A DNA stretch of 56,291 bases, the filler included, from Sphacelaria rigidula (taxonomy: Eukaryota): the NCBI GenBank assembly GCA_964200075.2. It is 7 parts of 7 records of this genome, joined end to end, with 100 filler letters (N's around TTAATTAATTAA, not from the genome) between each part and the next. Parts side by side here need not be neighbours in the genome. Positions count along the whole stretch, not along the records: positions 32,226 to 40,181 come from CAXNAA020012846.1; positions 40,282 to 48,236 come from CAXNAA020012847.1; positions 48,337 to 56,291 come from CAXNAA020012848.1; 4 more parts are not named here. One strand, given 5' to 3'. Positions within the stretch are counted from its first letter, which is position 1; each line of letters starts with the position of its first letter. Below are positions 37,693 through 50,598 of the stretch, piece by piece. The translations under genes and the position numbers were made by a program. The notes below the pieces were generated by a model. That model saw only the letters and a program-made list of their open reading frames with translations. It did not search any database and had not been told where the DNA came from.

Positions 37693-40181
37693 TCATTGTA
37701 GGCACCAAGATCCTCGGCGAGCGGTCGGCATCTCGGTGAAGTAATCGTCGTTGAGGCGGATCTTGAGAGCACCCGGGTCATCGAGGAAGCAGATGTAGTA
37801 GGAATCGTCCGCCTCAAGATCTATCAAGTGAATCTTCCCCAGCCACCACCGCGAATCCATAGCCCTGTGCCAAAAATATGCACCTTTCGGCAAACGTTTC
37901 TTCGAAAAAGAGCGCAGGTATTGCGAACGAGAAATCAGAGTATAGCCCGAAATGACAAATCGTGCCGAGTGTTCTCGGGCCAGTTCACGCGCTGCTGCGC
38001 CTTTTCGCATAGACCCATATCGTTTGTTCAACGGGCGGTGTTGGACGACATCTCCGACCCAATATAAAAGTATCTCTCTTCGAAAATGACGCAAATCCTC
38101 CTCCCGTTCCCACGTAACACGCATGACGCCCTTCCAGTGAGACTGGTACATAACCGCAATTTTACCGCCTCGACCTCGAACTGATTGGTGGCCCGAGATG
38201 CGATCTACCACTACACGTTCAAGAGGACCGTCAGCGTCTTCAACCGTCGTGTGGTACGGGGGGGATTTCGCCGCATACCTGGTTAGCATATACTGACTGA
38301 GCCCCATAGGCAATTGCTTGGGCAGGTCACTAGTGTCGTGAGGGGGCAGACACGGCTTGCACCGAAGCATCGAGACCCGGTTTTTGGGTTTGACGCCAGG
38401 TTCATCCGTGGGAAAGTCCAAATACGAAAGCTTCTCACCTACTGGTTTATCGTCAGGTGCGGTATCACAGGGTCCAACTGTCAAAATCTTCCAAGGACCA
38501 GTCCAATTCAAGCAAAGCTTCGATTTCAACACCTTATCCGACGACGACTTAGCAGAGCTCGCACCTTGGGTTACAGTTCTCACATCGTTATACACCCATG
38601 CCCAGTCACCTACTTTGTAGACCGGACGTTTGTTCACTGCATCATCCAACACGCGGTTTGCCTTAGCTACCTTTGCTGCGTTGATCAAATTCTGCTCCCG
38701 TACCACCTCATATGCAAGACGAAGACGATTACTAACAGACATATGATACTCCACGATATCCCGATCCAAACTCTGATGACCACCAGGGGGTTTCCTGTCG
38801 GAACACTGTCAATGGCAGCCTGGGCATACGACCAATATGAACTTCATTGGGAGCCAAGCCTGTGGCGGCATTGACGGAGTTGTTGTAGTTCATTTGGACA
38901 AGGGGCAAGTGCAGGTCCCAGTCCGTTTGTCGCTCATTGGTCACTGTGGCAAGCATTTGCGCCATCGTGTGATTAACTCGTTCGGTCTCACCGTTTGTGG
39001 ACGGATGGTATGAACTAGTAAAAATACGATGGGCACCCAGGAGATTACTGATCGCGGCAGAAAGTTTGCCGGCAAAATATGGGCCGTTATCGGATAACAA
39101 ACGTTTGGAGAAACCCCACTGAGGGATGCATGTGTACACAAGGACGTTGGCAGTCCCTTCTGCACTACAATTGACCTCCGAAACAGCATTCATCACAGCA
39201 TGTCGACTGAATCGATCCGTAAACAACAAAATCTACTTGTCACCACTACCAGTGAGGGGCAGGGGGCCAAAGTAGTCCCATGAAACTATTTCACCAGGCT
39301 AATTGGGAAGGGGCATAGCGATTACCGGCTATCTAACTGTTTGACGTGAAGGTTTGCGTGCTTGGCAAAGAAGACACCGCCGAACCCACCAACGCACACA
39401 TTGGTCCATACAAATCCACCAGAAAAAACGTTGAAGCATCTGGGATGTCCTAGCGATGCCTAGATGCATGGATGCTTGCGAGTGGCATTCATGGAGAACC
39501 CGTGGACGCAGAAGCATCGGAACATAAATGCGTACGGGGGCATCACCCAACAAACGGGCGTGACTACTCGTAGATTTCCCTTCAGGAGGGTTCGTGGGGG
39601 GCCGGTGAGCTAGAAGAACAACGCCATCATCATCCGTGTAAATCATGCCTTTACGCGCTAATTCAGTACCTTCATTTCGTGTGGGGGCTCGGTGGGGCCC
39701 TACTGGCAAAAGGAACTCAGCTTCTGGAAAGGGGAAGGGGCATCCTTTGGATAGATAACGTATAGCTGCATTACAAGCAGGTTCAGCTTGCTGTTCCCGG
39801 GCCCAATCGGCGTGAGAAAAGAGGGTCAGTTCCTTGGATACACTGTCGGAGGGGTTGTCCAAAACTCAGGGGATCGAATCGCGGTGGGATGGACACGAGG
39901 CGTTTTTGGGATCAAGCGCAGAAGGGGTGGTCAGTGTATTCTCAAACGGAACGTTCACCTCTATTCCTACGTCATGGAGGGTGTCGGATGGTGTGGTACC
40001 GGAGGTGGTACCATCACGGGGTGGGGACGGCAGAGCCGAGGTCTCGACTATGGTGGGCAGAGGTGGTTTGGAAGGTGTCGAGTTTCTGGGGGCTTTGCAC
40101 CGTGGAGGTAACGGGGGCGCAAGGAGGCTATCGGGAACTGGAATGGGGTTGGGGATGGGGAGGTCTAGGCCGGCTGCTGCC
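37693..40181 (-). mobile_element. Ty3/Gypsy retrotransposon integrase region (degenerate), same clade as 25669-27900
   Basis: HHCC (CHSQASMHLG...CLLCQARK), LFTDRFSR, LLSDNGPYF, SSYHPSTNGETERVN, LNWTGPWKI and chromodomain VDRISGH...VMYQSHWKG...TWEREEDL. Frameshift at ~38770 and a stop at ~39330. Confidence 0.93.
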
Positions 40182-41547
40182 NNNNNNNNNNNNNNNNNNN
40201 NNNNNNNNNNNNNNNNNNNNNNNNNTTAATTAATTAANNNNNNNNNNNNNNNNNNNNNNNNNNNNNNNNNNNNNNNNNNNNAGCACGCCGGGTTTCCGCC
40301 GGACCAGGCTCGCACTCAACTACCAAGCGCGAAGCGCCGTGGTGTGTTCGGCGAGTCGCATGAAGGGTGAGCTGCATCCTGCTGAGAAGGGTCGGCCCGA
40401 AGGGTCGGCCCGAAGCCTACTGATTATCTTGCATTTGAGTTATACAGCCTACAATGAGTTGCTTTAGTTTCTGGTATCGCCACTTCCAGAGACAGCCACG
40501 GCTCATGCGCTGCCTCACGGGTGTCTCACCATTCAAACACTACGTAGTACGATCACAGTGCGGAGTTGAGGTTCTCCCACGCCGCACAACATGATCAAGC
40601 TCGACTACCATCACTGTTACCGCAAAACAAAACGCGAGCGCGCGAATTAGAGAATCGGAAATCTGGTTGCCTAGCCGACGCAGTGAGTGGCGTGTTTCAA
40701 AGTGGCATCGCCAAGCGACGTCAACCCCATCGGTGGTCCGCCCCAACAAAGCCGAGACAGAGCTCGCCGGATTCTTGTCGGACCAGGGGGAGGGGGGGAG
40801 TAGTCATTTGTTGCTTGCCTTACAGAGTCATTTGGCCATTTACAACGCATCTCTTCCGCGAGGTGGAGCACCACTCCTATTCCTAGTAGACATCTCCGAC
40901 ATTTGCGCGGTCATTACGTTTTTCTCATTCGCCACTATACCAGCTACAACGTAAGGCAAAACTGACGCGACAGAAACGTTTTTGGTATTACGACGACCCC
41001 CACGAGTAGGTGAACAGTGCGCCATTGCCATGTTTTTTGCTGCATCCTTAACTTTGTCGTGGCGCTGATAGTGACAATATTTCTCGGCCACTCAGGGACT
41101 CTCAAATTTCTCTGAAAGAAAAAATAATGCGAATTCCCGACTCAACAATTTGTACCCCATCTTGTCACGAATCAAAGCTTTTTAACCGCCATCAGCCTGG
41201 GAATCTAACGGGGGAAGAAGATGTAAGGCCGGTTTTGTAGGGATCGAGTTATACCCCCAAAATGTGATATTTCGGTGATGTGGGATTTCGGCGTCGTCGG
41301 ATTTCCATTGATTTTGTATGCATCGAAGACCCAGAAAGCATCCTGACGTTTTCCCTTATAGAGTTCAACAGGTCTCGTGCGAAGGCTCCGATCGTCCTCG
41401 AAATCGGCAGTTTGGTAGATATGGGTACTTCGAATGAAGAAAAAAGACGCGTTGAAGAGGATGTCGAAGCCAATCCGCTCTCTACCGGCTTCCGGGGGTC
41501 CCAGCGTGAAGACCCCCAGAAGCTGGTACAGATTTATTAACAATACA

Positions 41548-41549
<2 letters not shown>

Positions 41550-41624
<75 letters not shown>
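41550..41624. repeat. (CA)n microsatellite
   Basis: Direct reading. Confidence 0.95.
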
Positions 41625-41627
<3 letters not shown>

Positions 41628-42853
41628 GACGGGCTGAAACCTTCCTGAAATCCTCGTGATCCAATTTTCAAATTGGTTGTTGTCCCAGGCCATTTCAGAT
41701 TCGGCATTGTTGGATTTCTGTTACAGAAAAGCGTTTCGTTTTTTTCAGAATATATTTTCAGAACCAATCAGACCCTTTCAAGAACCTGCCCAAAACGTGA
41801 CCCCTCCCGCACACTTTAATCCCTATTGTTAGGATACAGAAGTCCTACAGTGTTAGCTCTAGAACTTTCTAGAACCTACTGTACAAACAGATACCGCACA
41901 GCAGATAGCAGACAACTTGTTGTACAATGATGGTGTATAATCCAATCCCGCAAGGGAGCTACCGTACCACTGATCATCCGATCCCGCAAGGCAGCTATAA
42001 AACTGTACTTGCTACTGTAGTGCTACTGTTGTGCAGCAAATCTCCTCGTGCTGTGGTTTTGCTTGTCGTCGAGCAATCAGGGAGAGGCTAGTCGACTGCA
42101 ATCAATATGTATGTGAAGATGTCGCGAGAGGCGAAAATAAGCGAAAACGGCGACGGTATGTCCGATATTATACTACTGTTATGGGTCGAACTGAGGCCCG
42201 ATTTTGGGTTCTTTATTTCGGGAAAATGGATCACGAAGGCTACACGCGTAAGAACTGGACCGTAATCAGGCGAGTCATATCAATCAAAAATATACTCATC
42301 GTCTATAAACAACGACCAGGCTCATATGAAATGTACTATAAACATGGTACAACTTCAAGCATACATGCGACCATTCATTGAAGTCGCATCCTTGTAAAGC
42401 CGGGACGTAGCACGTACTCGTTGCGGTTCCGGCGATCTATCCACCTGTCTCTGCCGTTGCAAGCGAGGAAGAAGACTTGCCGTGCCGACGCTCCAAGCAC
42501 GGAAATAAAACAAAAATGTGATTATTGGATGAAGAGGGCGGGGCGATGACGCCACTCCCCTCCCGTACTACCCCCCCCCCGCCTCCCCCAGCCCCCCCAC
42601 GTCAACTGGACCNNNNNNNNNNGAGAGGGGGGGGGCGAGCCACCGCCCCCCCCCCGCTAGAACCCCCCCCCCCCCCCCCGCCCCTTCCTGTACGCCCCTC
42701 CTCCGACGCGATTTTTTTTTTCGTACAACAGTATGTTTTCTGTGCTGTACAATCGCACAGGGGGTCTGAGAAGACCTTACTGTCCGTCCGTACGCCGTGG
42801 TACCTGTACCCCCTGTGCGCAGCTGACGAAGCTCATGTGTGAGGTTGTACTTG

Positions 42854-43201
42854 ATGAAGTTAAAGCTAGAGAAAGTAGGAAGTAAGAGTTTCGGTAGAAG
42901 CAGAAGTGTTCTTGAGATAGGCAGAGTATCACTGCGTTTGGTGTGCATCATCATTCTGTGCGGTGCTGCGACTCGACGCTGGCCTGGTGGTCTTGTACGA
43001 GCGTTCATCTCCACCGGGCCAACCATCGGCTATGCCGACCAGAACAGCCACTTCAACTTCGTGGGCTCAGCAGCGGCACGTGGCAGTTCTCGTCGAGCTA
43101 CTGTAAAATCATCCTCGGCTGATGACTCTCATCTAGCAGACAGGATTTACGAACTTGCTGGGCGCGAGTTTGATATCGGCAAGCCGGCGGTCCTCTCGAA
43201 G
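42854..43201 (+). CDS. Probable first exon: targeting-like N-terminus followed by a family-A DNA polymerase thumb motif
   Basis: ATG at 42854, hydrophobic LRLVCIIILCGAA, then LVRAF|ISTG and a Ser/Arg-rich segment, then LADRIYELAGREFDIGKPAVLSK (PolA IYELAGxEFNINSPKQL motif). Phase-0 donor |GTTGGC at 43202. Confidence 0.6.
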
Positions 43202-43297
43202 GTTGGCACGAGCATGTTTTTTCGCATCATACTGACTGCATCATTGTATAGTGAAACAAGTTTTAGATCCAGTAGGTTTAGATCCAGTGTGTCTATA

Positions 43298-44113
43298 CGA
43301 GCTGGGCCAGCAGTAAGTCCCGCATTCGCTTTTCACACCACAACTTCTCAAGTTTCTTAAATCAGCGCGACTTGAGCATATCGCTCTGAGTTGTACACCA
43401 TACTGGTAACACACAGCACCGCCGCTGAATGAAGAAGGAAATGAAAAAAATGTACTGCATACCTTGTGCATACTCGTAGTATATTACATAAATGACGCAA
43501 CGAAAAAAAAGAAAATGTATCGGGGTTGGAACTCGTGACCTCCATAACTGGAGTCCCCTCTATCGCTTGCATTAAAAAAAGTGGCCGTGTCACTCGAAGA
43601 GTCCGATGCGGCCAGGCTTTCGCTTTTTATGCTTTCGCATAATTCGCATAAATTCATGCGTTCTTGTTTTCGGCCTTCCACACAAAATATCAAGTAATTG
43701 TAACGCCTCGGCGAGGTTTCCGCTTCAAAATGACCCCTTCTGAACAAGACGCATATATATATATATATAATTTCAACGCATATAAAGCTTAAGCCTAGAT
43801 GCGGCGCCCGATTTGAGTTTTTTTTAGTCTAAACATGCCCAGGATCTCCTCGACGCCAGAGCTCACAGCATTGATGGCGGTGCAGCCGTATTTCTCAATT
43901 TTTCACGTGGTTATATACAGTATATAATTTTTTTTGCTTTTGCTGAAACTTCGAATCGCTCTAACTTCCTGTTTGTTTTTTCGTCGGCACTCCCATCCAT
44001 GTTGCGCGTGTTAATGATAAAATGTCTTGTCAAAATTTCAGTGCCTAACTCTTCGGCTTACCAACCGCATCGCCAGGATACTTTCAAAAATCACTGTCAG
44101 CTGACCCAGCTCG
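43298..44113. mobile_element. Non-autonomous Tc1/mariner-type TIR element (TA TSD) in an intron
   Basis: TA|CGAGCTGGGCCAGC...GCTGACCCAGCTCG|TA. Same terminal motif as 12201-13385, but I see no shared interior. Confidence 0.8.
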
Positions 44114-44769
44114 TATTCGTTTGTGTGGCACCGAGCATGATGTGCGCTGTCCGGTCATGACTGCGACATGCCTCCCCAACACGCAAGGATCTGTCTCGCT
44201 TTAAGTGCATTGTTGCAAGCGAAAAGGCTAGTCGGAGGTCTTTCGATTGTATTGGTATTCATAGTCACAAAAGCTATGTTAGCAATGACCTCCCCAGCCT
44301 GGAATCACGTTAAGTAGCGCACCACCTTGGTGCCCAGAGTTGACCAACAGTTATGTGGCGAAGTGGTGGCGGGGGGACGGCTCCAGTTTATCCCCGCGTT
44401 TTCCAGTACATCGTGCGTATCGGTACCCGCCCCTCTCGAAGTACAAGGTGAAATTTGTCACACCACATGAGCAGCTTTACTTGACTTGGTATTATACAAC
44501 AGCTACAATATTAAACCAACTGTTGTCACTTGTTGTCCGTTCTTCTTTGGTTAAACCCATGGAGCTTCGGGATCTTGTTGGACATTTGCTGGACATTGAT
44601 TGCTTCTTGGAGAGCAACCAAAGTCCGTATCGAAACAGGGGGGGTTGGGGCTGAGAGTTGTTGCCGCGCGTACGCCGTGCGTCATCATTCTTCGTGCCTG
44701 CGCCATGGACTTGCGCATCACCGTGACGCGTGGAGGCCATCATGAAGCCTGATCACGCCGGCGGTACAC

Positions 44770-44800
<31 letters not shown>

Positions 44801-45314
44801 CAAATTTTACATGAAAAGCCGTTCCCATCTCTGCGCAGTACCTTGTAATATCCATGTACTAGGAATCCGATGCAGATGTCTTCCGTGGTCACAGGCTGAC
44901 TACCCAAAATAAGATATAAGGGACTCAAATTGGAAACAAAATAAAATAGGGCCCACGAATCAACACAAACGAGAATATGCGAAGATTTTTCAAGTCGACA
45001 ACTGCGAGCACGCCGTGGTGTATGACCTCGCATCGAGTGGGTTACTTTTCGCCATAATAAACTCGCGACGTGATATAGAGCTTGTCCTCTTGACGAAATC
45101 GATGCCGGAAAACAAATCCATTTAGCGTCGATGTCCAGCTGACTTCCATCTACCCACGTGGGCAATTCTCCAGTATTGGAATTTTTACGCAACTCTGGGA
45201 TAAACTGTAGTCACAAGAGTTGTGAAACAACCCCAAGGTCTGACTAAATCCACCGCGCGAGGCAGAGGTTTGGTGACTCCGCAGCATTTCTTGTGCGAAA
45301 CGATTATGGTTCAT

Positions 45315-45685
45315 ATGTATGTGTGTGTTTTGTTGTCATCTCATCTATTCTAGACACCACTTGACACATTTCGAAATATATGAGCGCATCAGCCGGGGTC
45401 GCACAGGAGGGAGGTCGACACGGGAGTGTTTTATTGTGTGGTAGTACTCTTACCGGCCTTCTGCGATGCTTGCCTTGTATGTTATTGCGAAAGGGGTTCA
45501 GCGGTCCCTTTCCCTCATCGATCGTGAGTACGAATTTCGTGTACCCACGACATGGTCTCTCTTCACTGTTGTGGGGCATGATGTGATGAAGAATCCCAGA
45601 TTGTGTGAGTTCACTGAGATTCGAACTCACGTGCTAACCGGCAGAAGGTTTCGATGTTACCGAGTGAGCCACCGGGGCGACCGGC
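45315..45685 (-). mobile_element. tRNA-derived SINE, second copy
   Basis: Reverse complement starts GCCGGTCGCCCCGGTGGCTCACTCGGTAAC...GAGTTCGAATCTC, shares GACCATGTCGTGGGTACAC and the 3' TAGATGAGATGACAAC + CA tail with 21500-21870. Confidence 0.85.
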
Positions 45686-45766
45686 TCATATCTATGTATT
45701 ATGCACATGCATAATACCATTCGGTTACCGTCGGAAACTACAGAATCAGAATTGCCTGATTATCCT

Positions 45767-45775
45767 CGTTGTTGC

Positions 45776-45825
<50 letters not shown>
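45767..45825. repeat. (GTT)n microsatellite
   Basis: Direct reading. Confidence 0.95.
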
Positions 45826-45826
<1 letters not shown>

Positions 45827-46734
45827 GTTGTTTTTATTATTTTTATTAATAATAATATTAATATATTATTAGTAGTATTATTGTGTTCGTCACATTAGCT
45901 CAATCTCTCGAACCCGTGGTCACAGAACGCAAGGAGCATAGCACCCATACCCATAAATCAAACAGCCCAGCGAGGAACGCAAGAAACAGAACATCCACAC
46001 GAAAATGGTACACTGCAAGTATTGTCTACCCGGTGTTACTGAGAGATATTAAGATGTACCCGTAGCTCGCATTGCTGAAGTTGCTAGCATAGTTTTCACC
46101 TGGTTTTGTGTTGGCCATATCGCGTTGAATATAAGCGTTAGTCGGTGCATTTCGTCGTCCTGTCGTGTACTCTATGAATTAGATAGTTGGTAGTTGAATC
46201 CACCGCTCAGCTCTAACAGATAATCTTCGAAAATAACGTCGAACACTGAAATGATATTCAACTCGAAAACAGTGCTTCCCCTAACCTGAAGTCATGGCAA
46301 ATAGCTTTCATATGAATGATCTCATGCCCCCCGACCTCCTCGAAACGGTTTTGGGGGGTTTCGCGTTCTCTGTTCCCCCAAAGAGTATGTGCGAAAACAT
46401 TATTTTCGGGATAAAAGCGTCCCTCATTTCGCCCCGAAATCGAGGTGAAAATATGTTTTTGCCTTGATTCCACGAAACAGGTGAATAGGATACCAACATG
46501 CCATGAGGATGAGGCATTTTTGTTACTCACATCCTTACATGCACCTCACAGTACAGTAGATGAACCAATTACGTATGAGACTTACATATGTCTAAGTAAG
46601 ATTACGCGTGAACGCTCCCGTGCAAGCGGGACAACTAGATCTGCTCTTAAAAGAGTACACTTAATAAACCCCTTCAGCATCACGTCACCCTGCGGCAGGT
46701 TCCATTTTCGAAAGCTTGATGAGATAGTGCAATG

Positions 46735-47920
46735 TTTTTCCATCACCGTTCACGTTCGACGAGGGCGAGATTCGACCTTCGACCCAAGCAGTCAGTGCCT
46801 GAAAGTAAGCGCGTACTAGGCAATAGGCGGAACGCTGATGATGGTGGACCTGACACTTTCATTCTGAAAGACGGAAATTTTATTCTGAATAAAACTTCAA
46901 CTTCATATGCACACACGATAAATACAGGATACGCCCGAACCCAACAAGAGCGTCTCTGTTCCCTTCGCGATAGAGTTTTCTTTCGGTCATGTCGCTGTTT
47001 ATGTCTAATATGTGTGAGGTTGATCATCGGGCAAAACACATAATAACGTGAGGTTGATCAGGTAGTGCAACGTTTTCTCCACCACCGTTCATCTGTTTGT
47101 TGTTGCCTGTTTGTAGACTTCCGCACGGTGCTTTTCGTTGGCCTTTCTTTCTTTCTTAGATTCGATTTCCCGGGGTTCGGTAAATTTGACAGCCGATTTG
47201 CCGCGTTTCGATGTATTATGGAGCCGAATGCTTTTGTCTCTGTCATGGCGTAAGGGGATATGAAGAAGTTTACTGAAACAATGGTTGGTACTATGGAGAT
47301 GCCGCCAACCCTAACGCCTACCCTAACTCTAACCACAACCAAGACATACCGAAAACCCTCGGGCAAGGGGGGTGCAAGGTGTTCCGTAGGCAACGTGTAC
47401 GTTGCCAGAGCTCAAATCGACGCCTTATAACCGATTTTGGATCAAAACACGTTCTGGACGAGCTGGTTATACTGCTCACCACCGCTCACCTGACCCAGAC
47501 CATGCACTTTCTCAGATCTTTCTTCAGTCTAAAATCAAGTAAAATCGAGTGCCAACCATTGTTTAAGTACATTTCGTAAGGTGTACTGCCCGGAGTTCGG
47601 GGTACGATGAATTTAACCGTTTTGGAACCCATTGACGGTTTTTGTCTTTGTGAACCAGCATCATTTTCAGTCATTTTCAAGTCAAAATGATGCCGATTCG
47701 CAAAAGAATCGTCAGTGGGTTCCAAAACGGTTAACGGCCGATTTTCTCCATCATCGTTCACCTTTGACGACGGCGAGATTCGACCTTCGACCCAAGATGT
47801 CAGTGCCTGAGAGTATGCCCGTAATATGCAATACGGGAAACCTCGATGTTGGATCTGACACTTTCACTGTTAAAAACGGAAATTTAATAATAAAAAAATG
47901 GAATTTTTAACTTTGCATGC
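46735..47920 (+). repeat. Diverged ~180-bp direct repeat pair (46735-46910 and 47742-47920)
   Basis: Shared GGCGAGATTCGACCTTCGACCCAAG..GTCAGTGCCTGA...CTGACACTTTCA...ACGGAAATTT. Confidence 0.8.
47617..47730. mobile_element. 114-bp piggyBac-like MITE with TTAA TSD
   Basis: TTAA|CCGTTTTGGAACCCATTGACG...CGTCAGTGGGTTCCAAAACGG|TTAA. Confidence 0.85.
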
Positions 47921-48494
47921 GAGCCGTGCTACGGTAGGGGTGCACGTTTTCGGCGAAAATGTTTCTCGGGGTGTTGAACGGATCATTTTGAGAATCGGCA
48001 TCATTTTTCCTTGAAAAAGACTGAAAATGATGCCGATTCACGAAAAGGCCCCTGCTAGACCGTATCCGTTTTTGAAGCCGGCTCACTGAAGGTGGCAGCG
48101 ACCGTCTAACTCTTAGATCGCGAGATTAGTCTTTTTGGATTATGCATACTTTTTTTCACTTGAAATTGATGCCGATTCAACAGAAGACTAACCTCGCGGT
48201 CTAAGGGCTAAGCTGCTACCGAAAGGTGAGAGTTGCNNNNNNNNNNNNNNNNNNNNNNNNNNNNNNNNNNNNNNNNNNNNTTAATTAATTAANNNNNNNN
48301 NNNNNNNNNNNNNNNNNNNNNNNNNNNNNNNNNNNNCCAACGCCGACGACCCCCCTACAAATTGCCAACGTGAAACTTTTTGTTTCCCGTGAATTACCCC
48401 CCCCCCCCCCTCTCTTTTTTTTTTTTCCGAAATGGAAAGGGTAAAAAACCAAGGAATCCTCTTTGCATTTTGCATATGCATTCATGAAGAGACT

Positions 48495-48783
48495 CTAGAC
48501 ATCTGTTTTCACGCATGAGGCATTTAATCTATTCTCGGGGATGAGGCAGCATACATTTCGTTGCGTGGATGAGACAACAAGTGAAAGAGGCATTAGACAT
48601 CTCTTTTCACGCGTGAGGCAACGTATTTGTTCTCGCGAAAGAGGCATTAGACATCTCTTGTCACGCGTGAGGCAACATATCTTTTCTCGCAAAAGAGGCA
48701 TTGGGCATCTCTTTTCACGCATGCGGCATTACATCTCTTCTCGCGAAAGAGGCATTAGACATCTCTTGTCACGCGTGAGGCAA
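48495..48783. repeat. 54-bp minisatellite built from two ~27-bp GAGGCA subunits
   Basis: GAGGCATT starts at 48587, 48641, 48695 and 48749 (exact 54-bp period). Confidence 0.9.
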
Positions 48784-49116
48784 TCGAACAGTAAGATGGC
48801 TGGATGCTCAGGCCGCCGTTCTGCACGCCTGCTACTACGTTTGCCTAGCACTCTCTCAGCGTATCAAATGACAATCGCTTCGATGTTCGGTATCAGCTAT
48901 ACAGACGTCTCGAGCCCTGATCCATCCTGGTTTCTGTTCGGTACTCGTCATTAGACATGTAACATAACATGATTCATGTGTGATTCAATTTAATTCAATG
49001 ATGCGACTGGAATTTCTTTTGCCCCCACAAAACACATCTTCCCTTGATTGGGAATATTTCGCTTTGTACTCGGCTTTCGAATTTGTGCATTAATAAAAGC
49101 TCTGTGCGCAGGGCAG

Positions 49117-49147
<31 letters not shown>

Positions 49148-49228
49148 CGTCAACAACAAGCGCCCACACACGGAATTATCAAAGGTAGCAACAAAAAAAA
49201 CAAGATACAAAAAATCANNNNNNNNNNG

Positions 49229-49259
<31 letters not shown>

Positions 49260-49481
49260 TTTTACCGAAAAGGCCAGCCACCCCGAATGTAACTGGTCAC
49301 GAAGAAAAACTGATAACGCCAACTGGCAGAACCGTAGGTCCCTGCCCGCCACCAAATCACGTTGCCAATTTCTTCTGAGTGCACAGATTCGTGTTAATTA
49401 CCCCCATACTTCCAATACACATATTCGCCTTGCCTGTGTCTGTCAAAGCCTATCTTCTCTCACACCATGTATAAATGTATT

Positions 49482-50598
49482 TCAATCATTTGACAGACCA
49501 TTCCGACAGGTCCCTTCTCCCGGTTGCTTCCGCCTCCCGATCGATTCCTTTTCTATGGCGTTAGACACTCTCTTTGTACTCTCATTATTTTTTCTCACGC
49601 AAGTCTTATAGATAGACATCCGACTTCCATCTTCCTTCTTTCTGCAATATGTCAGGCGATATTCCTCCAGCTGAGAGTTGAGTAGCCCCACCAATACATG
49701 AGGAGTGCAATGCGTATTCATATGGGTTTGCTCCCGCCGCCGCTACCAACGCCCGCAATGGTTTGGTGGCCTGACCCTGGGTCCACCAAACGGGTACCCC
49801 ATCGCCATGTAAATACGTCATCAACGGTGAATTTACGGGCAGATTCCGGAAACACAACAATTCAACCACCACATCTACCGCTCCTAGCATCGGAGAATCC
49901 CTGTTGTCCGCATTTTGACTGGTGAAACGTTTTGTACGTGTAACGATCGCCCCTCGTTTCATGTGGTCACCCTTGGATGCACGAAAGCGTACCTCAACGC
50001 GATCAGCCAAAAACCAGAACGGCCATTCCAGTTGCCTCCCCTCATGAAATAATGCTACGTTCTTCCTACGCAAGCAATATTCAGGATGTACGCGATGTTT
50101 GTTCCCAGCAAACATTTCGGATGCGCGGGTGAGAAAGAAATATGACATTCCTAGACCCAAAAATAATACCCCGCCCCCAGGTCCCCATTTTGACACCAGC
50201 TTTTCAGCTGTGCATAACGTCGCCCAAGAGATGAAGCGTCTGACGCGCGGTTGGTTCCCGACCTCGTTGTGACTACGCTCGACCCCTTTTGGCGCATTTT
50301 GCACCAAGGTGTGCCCAACAGGTGAATCGAGGTTGAACAATATCTGGTGGAAAAACTTCACAGCTGCTAAATGATTTCCAACTGTTGCTGTTTGTATCCC
50401 GTACACCAAGCAGGCGTGAGACACATAGGACAAGATAACATGAACATAGTCCATTGTATTTTTCCCTTCAAGCAAAAAATCCGGGGTATTCATGTCGCGC
50501 CGGAAACGAATGATTGGCCCAAAATATCCTTGGTACGTCTGTTCAGACGTTCGCGCAATGGATCGTTTGGCAAACTCGAATCCAAAATGTTGGAACAA
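49482..50598 (-). pseudogene. Tyrosine recombinase of the Ngaro-like element
   Basis: SYFFLTRASEM, FRASKGD, YALHSSCIGGAT (HSLR mutated) and EGRWKSDVY. Frameshift near the C-terminal Tyr. Confidence 0.9.

Noticed and set aside
41205..41500. Minus-strand peptide FWVFDAYKING... as a transposase fragment
   Set aside because: Only a vague resemblance, with no second supporting motif.
48495..48783. Regularly spaced repeats resembling a CRISPR array
   Set aside because: The whole 54-bp unit repeats with no unique spacers, there are no cas genes, and the context is eukaryotic. It is a minisatellite.
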